Positions 1-10,163 of a stretch of DNA of 64,000 nucleotides are shown one piece after another (positions within the stretch are counted from its first letter, which is position 1; every line of letters starts with the position of its first letter). The stretch lies in assembly GCF_009914755.1 (NCBI RefSeq), contig NC_060940.1. The stretch is one strand, 5' to 3'. A model generated the notes under the pieces. The model ran no database searches. It had not been told where the DNA came from and worked only from the letters and a program-made list of their open reading frames with translations. The stretch comes from the human T2T-CHM13v2.0 reference genome, Homo sapiens. A program made the translations under genes and the position numbers.

Positions 1-2140
1 TGCAGGTTTGTACATTTGCAAGGGCATGGGTATAACACGCTTTCCATTGTATCCGACTATGAATATGAGTGGTTAATATTAATACATCTCTTACTATATA
101 CAAGGAGATCTAAGTGCTTTATGTATATCTCACCTAATCCTCACAACAAGGGAGATTTTCATTATTTCCATCTTCTAGAAGAGGAAACCAAAGTACAGGG
201 AGGTTAAGCAGCATGCCCAAGGTCACAGCTACCCTGGGATGTGAACCCAGGGCCCTGGCTCTTAACCATGACCCTAATACTGCCTCCTCAAGTAGGTGCT
301 CAGCAAATGTTTGAGGAACTGAATTATGTGGGTCCACACATAAGAGAAAAAAAAAAAAAAGAGGGAGCAAAAGTAGGTGCACCTGTTCATCTTGAGATTC
401 ATCCTGGGCCCCACTGTGTGACATGCTCCACGCCCTTAGTCACTGTTTCCTGGATTGGCGTGTGGGGAACACATGTGACCACATGAGAATGGCTGAGAAA
501 GAGCAGGACTGACTACCGGCGTTCCCCTGCTTATGGAAAGGGGCCTGGAGATGAGGCTCGGTCAGATCATCTTGAGGTCTTTCCTGGCGGCTTCCCTGCT
601 GCTAGCTACCCCTCTCATACCCTGGGGTTCTGAGCTTCCTCGGCACTTGGGGGCAAGGCCTCCTTGGCTTGGATTTGAGGGTGGGGAGGAGGGAAGGCTG
701 TGCATGGCTTCCACCACTTCTCCAGGCCTCCCCACTTCCCAGGGTCAGGCCCTGACACCCCGAGAGCTTTGCAAGGGTGTCCCTGAGAGATATTTCCTGG
801 TGTTTCTGCTTAAACAGCGTTTGCTGCAAAATATGTCGAAGCATTTGGGATTCAGTTTTTAGTTCAGAATATGCCAATGTTTTCATTTGGAAGGGGAAGT
901 GTTTCTGTTGATGTGGTAAAGAGATAAAATAAGACGTTCCTCACCAAGTTACACTGCTTCAAAGTCAAATGCTTGGCTTGGAGACAGGGATTTATCTTGG
1001 GATCGCAGGCCCTTAGCACACGGCCTGGCAGAAGAGCAGGCAGGGTCAAAGTCTGTTGAATGAGTGAGTGCATATGCAAAGGGCCTAGACACAGGAGTGC
1101 GATACAATCAATGCTCAGTACAGATTTTGAATGGATTCCATAGGTTCTACTTTTGAGAGTTGTTCTCAGTCTGTTCATGTTTCTCTATCTTCACTAAACT
1201 CCCCTCATCCAAGCCTCTGTCACCTCTGGCCTGGACAACTAACAGCATCTGAGGTGGTGGCCCTGCTTCCCCTCTTACCCCTCAGCTCATTCTGTCCACA
1301 ATTGCCAGAGTCATTTTTGCAAAATGGGAATGGGATTGTGTCATCTCCTGCCTAGAACCTTCCAATGGCTTTCCACTGCTCTTGGCTATGGCCTTCCAGG
1401 TCCTCCATGGTATGGCTCCCACCCACCTCACTGACCTTTCCTGGGGCTGTTCTCCAGCCACATGGGCCTCCTTTTGGTTGCGGAAAAACCAACTCTCTCT
1501 CACCTGAAGGTCTTGGCACCACTGATTCCCTCAGCCTGGACTGCTTTTCTCCAGATCCTTCTATCAAATTAAGGCTCAGCTCAAAAGCATCATCTCCTTA
1601 GAGAGGCTTTCTCTGACCCCTCAGCTAAAGCAGCCCACCATCTCTATCCTACCGTTTCACTTCTGTTTCACTCCATGTCTACACCTACAGAGACCGTCTA
1701 CTAGAGGCCAGGCACAGTTTTAAGTGTTGAGGACATGGCAGTGAACACAACAGGGAAGCTCATGTCCTTCTTGCCTGCCTTCATAGTTCCGAAAAAATCT
1801 GATTCTCTTGTTTGGGTTCCTACTAGTCTTCCTCACCAAGTGCCAAAGGGCCAAGGCTTGGTCTGTCTTGTTCACTGTGTTCAATCACCAGGCACTGTAC
1901 TGAACCAACAAGCATTCATTCTGTAAAAGAACGGACGGATGGATGGCAGGCAGGCAGGCAGGCTGGGGAGGTGTGCAGAGCACCTGGCACACACTCCCCC
2001 TGGCACTTGGTTCTCGCTAAGATGTTACTGAGCTCAACTGAAGCTTTTTCTTCAAAGAAATCTCACTGTGAACCCATTAGGAGAGCCCTCTGCCGCCAGC
2101 TATGCTGTCAGTAGGTCCTACCCCACCCTGTACCACCATC

Positions 2141-2353
2141 TGCAACAGACTCAATGTTTGTGTCTCCTCAAACTTCATATGTTGAAACTCTGATCCCAAA
2201 TGATGGTATTGCGGGGTGCGGCCTTAGGGAGGTGATTAGGTCACGAAGGCAGAGCCTTCATGGGTGGGATTAATGCCCTTATAAGAACAGTAAGAGATAA
2301 ATGTTTAAGTCCCCCAGCCTATGGTGTTCTGTTATAGCAGACTGAACTAAGAC
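2141..2353 (+). mobile_element. MaLR LTR fragment (MLT1A-like)
   Basis: aatgtttgtgtctcctcaaacttcatatgttgaa...ggtgattaggtca...gttatagcagactgaactaagaca. Confidence 0.75.
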
Positions 2354-3539
2354 ACCCTCTGCCTGTGGTTGTCTTGGCAAAGCCAGGTAATGCAGGAGAG
2401 GGGTGGACTCAGCCTGCTTGCGGTGAATGGCATTAGTGTCCATTTTCCTAAAGGAGCCCTTGCCCACCATATCTCAGCATCCCCTCTTCATTGCCACTTA
2501 GACCCTGTGCCCAGTGACACTCCAGTACTGTCCAGTCTCAGGGGCTGAGCCAAGGCGTTCCTGCCTGCCCTGTGACCCTCACCAGACCTGGCAGCTGCCT
2601 GACAGCTTGTCTGGCTCACGTGTTCTCTCTAATTGAGTCTAGCTGCCTCTCTTCCTTGTGACTATGACCAAGTCTTACTCCTTCCTGGACCTTCATTTCC
2701 CTACCTCTCACATACACAGTGGGCTGGATGCTGGATGCAAAGCTCCCTCGTCACAGCCCCAAAGACAGGACTTGACCATCTCAGTGCAATGACCCTGTGG
2801 TGCCTTCTCCCGAGGACCTAAGAGCCCCCTGAGCGCTTGCAAACACTGCAGACAAAGCGAGCCCTGGCACCAGCTCCCTGCCTGCCTGTTCTGTGAAGGG
2901 AGCCTACAAAACTGGCAGCCCCTGCAGTTCTGAGCTGCAGAACTGATGAGCTGGGGCACCCTGAAACCTGACTCCAAAATAGCAGCAAACCCAAGGCCAA
3001 AAGGAAGTACGGGCTTCTTTGCTTGCGATTTCTCCTCTCACAGCTTTGGCCTGGAGCCCCTGCACTTAATCCCCACCCGGCTACCCCAAGGGCCACAGTA
3101 CAAAGGTGATTCGTGCCTGGCTCCCTGTGTCTTCTGACACCCCTAAATCTTTATCCTTCTAGGACAAGCGAGAATCCCCCAAAAGCCAAGGTCATCATCA
3201 AGCCAGGATGAGGACTGGAGGAGGAGCTGACAGCTCTGCCTCAAATGGATTTGGGAGCGAAGGCTTTTTCCATAAGCTTTGGGGGTAAGTCACAGAGCTA
3301 CCCCAAATGTAACTTAGTCTCGGGGTCTCCTTCCTTTTCACCAGCTGTCCCCTTTGCTGGAGGAAGCTTTCCAGCCCAAACGAAGGGCTTAAGAGGAGTC
3401 TGGCCATTCCTGGCATCCAGTTAGACCTGGAGGAGGTGAACGGAGGAGAAGCCTGAGGGAGGGGTGTGTATCCGGCCTGGGAATTCCTCCCTCTCCCTTG
3501 CTAGCGCCCCAACCCGCCCTCATCCTGTTCAGAGAGGGC

Positions 3540-3548
3540 ACTTACAGG
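3540..3548 (-). other. DEXI: DEXI exon 1 splice donor (CCT|GTAAGT); last exonic base 3546; intron lies in the 3' UTR and probably runs off the left edge
   Basis: Plus strand ACTTAC|AGG is a consensus donor on the - strand, 149 nt after the stop codon. Confidence 0.8.
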
Positions 3549-3694
3549 CCTCGGAGGCAGGGGAGGGTCTCCTCCTGGGGAACCATCCCCGTCCAGATGG
3601 TGCCCCCAACCAGCTGCGGCGGCATGATCTGGGCGGCTGGTCCAGGGCATGGGTTGCGGATCGTGTAGGGAAGAGGGGAACAGCAGTCGAGACC

Positions 3695-4024
<330 letters not shown>

Positions 4025-4476
4025 TCAGCCGCTGCGGCGCCCGGGCGGCCGGCGAGGGCACAGCGCAGCCATCCAGGGGTACCCTGGAGCCCGACAGAAG
4101 CAGGGCCGGGCTCCAGATGTCCCCTGGCAATTGCGCCCCGACCCCCGAAATGCGCCGGGCGGGTCACCGCACCCCGAGATGTGCCCCCAAGGATCTCTCG
4201 ACCGCCCGGGCGGCGAGGCGGGCCCCCCTGAAGTGGCCCGCGGCTGCCCGGCTCCCTCGTGGCGCCTCCCTGGCGCTCGCAGGGCCTCGCAGAGCCGGTG
4301 GGGATCCCACCGCGGCTCAGTGTCTAGGGCCGGTCCCGGCAGCCTTCTCTCCCGCCCCGCCCCGCAGGTCCTCGCGCACCCCCCGCGCCCCCGCAGGCCC
4401 AGCACCCATGGCTGCAGCCGCCGCGTAGCCCTCCCGGTGGCGCTCGGAGCTCCGCCTCCCGAGGGGCCCCGAGCTC

Positions 4477-4555
4477 ATTGGCAGGCCGCCCCCTGCACGC
4501 GCTAATTGGCCGGCTCAACGCCCGCGCTGATTGGCTCCGGCCGCCAGGGGGCGGG
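4477..4555 (-). promoter_or_regulatory. DEXI proximal promoter: three CCAAT (NF-Y) boxes plus overlapping GC-box/CTCF-like motif
   Basis: ATTGG at 4477-4481, 4505-4509 and 4530-4534; GGCCGCCAGGGGGCGGG at 4539-4555. Confidence 0.7.
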
Positions 4556-4958
4556 TACCGCTTCGCTCCGCCCCTCGGGGCCCTAGCGTCTGAGTTGCTT
4601 TCCTGGTTCGGGTCTGCCCTCAGATCTCAAATCGAATTCGCTCTGCGTATCGAATAGGGGGAGGTAAAAGAGACTGAACACAGTTCAAACCTAGACATAA
4701 TGCTAAGGCCGCAAAAGCCGAAGGAAACCCGGGCTACCGCTGCGCCTTGCTGCATGCCTCTTTGGGACTCCGTTTCTCCTTTAAAAGGAGGCGGGGTCGG
4801 GGAGGGGCGACGGACGGTTGCCCTGGAAATTTTGGACATTCCCAAAGCGCCAATTTTCATGGTGGAGATCCACCAGTGTCCCCTTCGCTTCTCCAAACTC
4901 TGGTTGCTGGAAGGTCCGCCCACTACGGAACCTGCATCCTAGAGTTAAGGAACACCTG

Positions 4959-4964
4959 AATAAA
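4959..4964 (+). terminator. Candidate plus-strand polyadenylation signal
   Basis: AATAAA followed about 40 nt later by a U/GU-rich tract (ccttttgtttctttttactttgtg). Confidence 0.45.
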
Positions 4965-5867
4965 GAGATTCCGAGGTAGTTCAGATCTTCAACCATAAGG
5001 ATGCCTTTTGTTTCTTTTTACTTTGTGAATCATGTTTAAAAGCAATAATACACATGGCTAAACATTCAAACAACCGTGAAGTACACAGAAAAGTGAGTCT
5101 CTCCCACCCACTGGTTCCCCTGCTCTTGGGTAACCGTTGCATGTCTTTCAGGAAAACATGATCTCGCCCAAAGAGCCTTCCAAAGCAGTTCAAGAAACCT
5201 TTAAATCTCAGGCCACACTGAGCTGAGTATTTTACATGCATCGCTTAATCGGAGGTATACAAGGCAGTGTAGTATGTATGTGCGTACTTTTTACAGATGA
5301 AAAATACGAGCCCAGGGATCCTACATTTCTGAGCCTGGGTGTGTTTCTTTGGAGGCCAGATCCTGTTCTTTTTTGCTCCATGACTTTGTCTTGCCCCACT
5401 CTATATGAATTACAGGACAAACCATTAACTCTCCACTCTTATCCATTTCTCCAACTGCTGAAGGTGAAACAAACCTTTACTCATTCATGCACTCTACCAA
5501 TATTTGTTAAACACCTGCTATGTGCCAAACCTTGTGCTAGGCACTGGGGAGAACATTGGCCTCTGGCCCAGTTCTTTCTTGAGCAGAGTTAATGGGACAC
5601 AGTGGACCTTTAATAAGGTTGATATGTAGAAGTGACTGAATGAATGAATGGATGGTAAACTTGAGAAGTCTTGCCCACACTGAACTTACCACTTCTAATC
5701 CAGGGTAGAAGTTAGATATATTCTGGCTCATGCAGAAAGTTGGGTGTTTCCTTTTTCATTTTAACGTGGTACTTTGGGAAATAGCATGGATTCTGGCTGA
5801 AGACCAGAGGAATCCTCTGGAAGTACAAAATGTTCAGTTTGGTGCATTGTTGCATCCAGCCTTTTCC

Positions 5868-5868
<1 letters not shown>

Positions 5869-5918
<50 letters not shown>
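5869..5918. repeat. (AC)25 microsatellite
   Basis: Pure dinucleotide run read directly. Confidence 0.98.
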
Positions 5919-5920
<2 letters not shown>

Positions 5921-6395
5921 AATTGAAGTGGAAAAAGAAAAAGGCTGTCAGGACAAATAAGGTTGTTATCTAGTGCCGTTTTGGTTTATAAAGGGAATGA
6001 AAAATAAGGGTGCGTGCGTGGTTATGAACCCTGGTTTTGCCACTTGTTAACTGCATGATCTTGGGTAAGTCAACCTCTCAGTGACTCCGTTTCCCTGATG
6101 ATAAAATAGGTTCGATAATAGTACCCAATTCATAGGATGGTTGTGAAAATTAAATACCTTAATATGTAAAGCCCTTAGGATAGTGGCTTTGCATAGTATA
6201 CACCATCCAATACTATTCTTATTCTTATTATAAATCTAGTAATTGTTACTACAGTGGTGACTTTCCTTGACCCATCTACGCCGATTCCCTCTCCGGGACT
6301 GCGCCCAAAGCTTCCAATTCCCGCCCACCCGGAGGATTCTGCGGTCGCTCCTCCTCTCGCCCCGCCTTTTGTGGATGGCCGTAGGCCCGCGGTTG

Positions 6396-6484
6396 CACGA
6401 TGCATGCCGGGCCTTGTAGTCCGTTCGCGGAGTCCTGCCGCCGAAGGCCACGCGGGTGAACTGCATTTCCCAGCGCCCCACGCG
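6396..6484. promoter_or_regulatory. Two divergent ZNF143/SBS (ACTACAnnnCCCA-type) motifs
   Basis: Minus strand GGACTACAAGGCCCGGCATGCATCGTG (6396-6422); plus strand GAACTGCATTTCCCAGCGCCCCACGCG (6458-6484). Confidence 0.65.
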
Positions 6485-6688
6485 GCGGCGGCCGTAAAGC
6501 GCGGCGGTCGAACGGCCGGTTCCGGCTGAATGTCAGTGCTGGGCTGTGGGCCGGGGAGGAAGGCGGCTCGCGGTTCCTCCACCGCCTCCGCCGCCGCATC
6601 CTCCGCTTGTGCTACCGCCGCGGGCGCTGGGCCGCTCTGCTGGTCCGGCATGAGACCGTGAGACGAGAGACGGGTCGGGGCCGCCGAC

Positions 6689-6768
6689 ATGTTTGGCCGC
6701 TCGCGGAGCTGGGTGGGCGGGGGCCATGGCAAGACTTCCCGCAACATCCACTCCTTGGACCACCTCAA
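6689..6768 (+). CDS. CLEC16A: CLEC16A coding exon 1 (80 nt; MFGRSRSWVGGGHGKTSRNIHSLDHLK)
   Basis: gccgccgacATG start; donor AA|GTGAGT; peptide recognised as the CLEC16A N-terminus. Confidence 0.96.
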
Positions 6769-6884
6769 GTGAGTGTGGGGGGCGTAGCGGGAGGCCTCGG
6801 GGCTGGACAGGGGGACGGGGCGCCGAGCTCCGGGTCGGGGCTCTAGGAGGCGTGAGAGCGGCGGCGAAGGGCGCCCGGGGAAGC

Positions 6885-7030
6885 CCGTGTGGTGGTTAAG
6901 AGCGAGGGCTCGGGAGTCAGGGCGCCTGGGTTCGAACCCTGACCCCGTCGCTCTTGGCTGTGTGACCTTGGACAAGTCGCTTAATTTCTCAGAGTCTCCG
7001 TATCCCCACCTGTAAAGCGAGAGGATGCGA
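6885..7030 (+). mobile_element. MIR SINE with intact B box
   Basis: gtggttaagagc...ctgggttcgaaccct...gctgtgtgaccttggacaagtcgcttaa...ctgtaaa matches the MIR head and core. Confidence 0.85.
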
Positions 7031-9613
7031 TTTCAGTTTATGGACACAGACTTTGTTCTTGACGGTGTCCACCAAGTTTCCTGGCGGGGTACTTCTTAAA
7101 CTGAACAGCTTAGAGGGTCAAAGGCCTGGGTCCTGGAGTCGGGCAGATCTGGGTCCGAATCTATCTGTGTGAATGTAGGCCTCAGGTTCCCCACTTGTAA
7201 AAAGAGTAGAGTGACAGCACCTGCTTCCTGCTATTGTGTTGAGAGTTGGTTGGATAAGAGAATGAACGTTAAGCTCAGAACACGTACAATTGCTCATTAA
7301 ACGGCATTAATTATTATAAAAGAACAGATTATTTTCCGAGGGGAGTCTAAGCTGGGGGCATGCACGCTGAGACCCAGGATTTTGGGGCGATTGGGGAGGA
7401 TGATGAAAAATAGAGACCTCTGAGGAGGGAATGACTCTACAGCTCTGGGGGAGGACAGGTGGCAGATAGGGTCTTGGGACCAGGAGTGCAGAAATTAAGA
7501 GGCTGGCTTTGCAGCCACACCTGCGTTCAAATCCTGAAACCACCATTTACTGGCTGTGTGACCTTGGGCAAATTACTTCACCTCTCTGAGCCTCCAGATT
7601 CCCATTTGCAAATGGGGATCGTGAACATTGTAATGGAAATGGAAGGTGACTGACCCAGTAGGTACATAGTAGGTGGCCAGTAGTGGTAGCTGTGTTTATT
7701 ATCAGCTCAGCGAGGCCTTCCCAGACCACCCTACCTAACGTGCTCCCCCCATCCCAGTTCCTATCCATCACATCTTTCTCTTGCTTTCATTGAGTGCTTC
7801 TCCACTGTCTGCGATTATTCTTTATTTTTTATTTATACTTATTTTCTGTCTTCTGTTAAACTGGCACTTCACGAGGGCACAGACTGCTTGGTTTGTTCAC
7901 AGTTGTATTCCCAGCATCTAGGACTGCTCTCTGCTTACTTAAAGAGTGGAAAAATGAATGATTGAATTGGGGAGAGATGAAGAGCATGCAGGCCAGGACC
8001 CAGGATTTGGGGGCAGGTGTGGAGGATGATGAAAAATAGAGATCTGTATGAAGGGAAAGGCTTTAGGGAGGGAAATGGCGGGGATGCTGAAGAGGGGAGT
8101 AGACAAATCTTCAGTGTCAAGAAATAGGCAGGTTTCCAGAAGGAGATCCTGAGACTACTAATGGGAAAGGAGGAAGATAGGGTTAGGGATATGGTGGGAA
8201 GTAGTGGAAGGGAGACGGGGCTGTGGAAAGGATTGGTGGGAGGGAATTAGATAGGGACTTCTCATGTGTCCCCGGGAGTGGGGTAGGGGTAGTGGCAGGG
8301 CCACAGTTCTCAGCTGTGACCTTTCTAGCATGGAGCAGCATTTAGTAAACGTTTGTGAGTCTTGAAGAGTGGGGAGCAGGAGGGTTCACTATGTGGTGAG
8401 GGGCACTTTTAGAGCAGGAGGTGGTGAGAGAAGACAAGGGGAGGAAAGAGGCCCAGGACAAGTCTGGGGTGGGTAGGGAGGTGGGGATCTTAGATGGGAG
8501 GGCAGCTGGCCGGGAAAGGGAGTGGTTGAAGGATTTCAGGAATTTATCGAGTGGGCGGAGGTGGCTGAGGAGGGGAGGGGAGTTATCCAGAGAAGGTTGG
8601 GCCTCCTGCCGGCATCCAGGTACCTCCAGGTTCTCACCTAACTCTGCTTAACTCTGGCCCTTTTAAATTACCTTAATTTATTAATTTATCGAATGCATTA
8701 TTCTGTACCAGGTATTTGCTAAGGACTGCCTGTGTGTTATTTCCCTTAGTCCTCACAAGTCTGAGTTACAGGAACCATTATTGTTTCCATTTTACGGAAG
8801 TGGAAACTAAGGTTCAGGGGGCTTCAGTGACTTGCCCCCAGGTGTCAGCAGCTGAAGGGTACCAGAGGCAGGATTTGACTCCCGAGCTTGTGCTCATTAT
8901 ACTGTCTTTCTGAATAAAACTTCCCAATAAGTCTGTTTGAGAACACTTTTGACTTGGCTGAGTCTCATCGCCAATGGGGCATCTTTGCCAGCCAGCAGGG
9001 AATGGTAAACGGTCTCTGGTTCCTTTGCAGTATCCTGGGAACTGCCTGGGTTCATTGTTTAGATCACATGTCTATCGGATGCTTCTTTGGAAACCCAAGT
9101 TGCCTGCCCTGAATCAGGCAGATCAGCTTAATCCATATTACAGCCCCAAGAACCTGAGATTTGTGTATTGGTGGGGGGGTTAGAAGATCCCCCAGTGACT
9201 TGGAAAAGAGTTTTGTAAACAGCCAGTGCCCACCCTGGGGCTTGTGCCACTCTGCATTTGGCTCTGTTGGTAAACATCTTGGGTCTTGGGTACAGAACAG
9301 CTCGTTCCCTGAGGGAGTTTGCAGGCTGGTGGGGGAGACAGCTGTAGAGCCAGTGACTGTACAGTGTGATAAGTGCTGAGATCGCCATGGACCCAGGGTT
9401 CTGTGGGAACCCTTATTGGGAGCTTTCTGGAGGAGACAACACCAGCGCGGGTTCTCCAAGAATGAACAGAAGCCACCATTGGGGGGCAGCAGGGGCGGGA
9501 GGCGGAGCACTGTGACCAGGACCCTGCGGGTTTTGTGGCATGTCCAGGTGGGGGCTGATAGCTGTGGGAAACAAGGCTGGAAGTAGGAAGGGGCTTGGGA
9601 TTTATCTGACACT

Positions 9614-9726
9614 TCGGGTGACCAACCGTCCTGGTTTGCCTGGGCTGAGGGGTTTCCCAGGATATGGGACTTTCAGTGCTAAAACTGGGAAAGTCCTGGA
9701 CAAACTAGTATAAACTGGTCACCCTA
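9614..9726. mobile_element. MER81-like hAT DNA transposon (MITE)
   Basis: Terminal inverted repeats GGGTGACCA...TGGTCACCCTA; internal GGGACTTTCAGTGCTAAAAC; about 113 bp. Confidence 0.8.
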
Positions 9727-9870
9727 CCAGTGACAAGTGACAGTTCTTAATACACTCTTACCTTGACCTAGAGCAGTATGGATGGAGAGGGAAAGTTTAA
9801 GATAGTTAAAAGAATTATTTATTTATTATTATTATTTTTTAAATACACAAGGCATCTGGAAACCCTCTTC

Positions 9871-10163
<293 letters not shown>

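Larger units (their letters stand above)
6270..6960. promoter_or_regulatory. CpG island over CLEC16A promoter and exon 1
   Basis: High GC/CpG density; TATA-less; boundaries approximate. Confidence 0.9.

Noticed and set aside
6929-6939. GGTTCGAACCC as a tRNA T-loop
   Set aside because: No cloverleaf; it is the tRNA-derived head of a MIR
6175-6975. 266-aa minus-strand ORF over CLEC16A exon 1
   Set aside because: Non-ATG start inside a MIR; Pro/Ala/Arg-rich composition expected from stop-poor CpG-island DNA
8040-8600. Purine/G-rich stretch in intron 1
   Set aside because: Low complexity with no periodicity or clear mirror repeat that I could support
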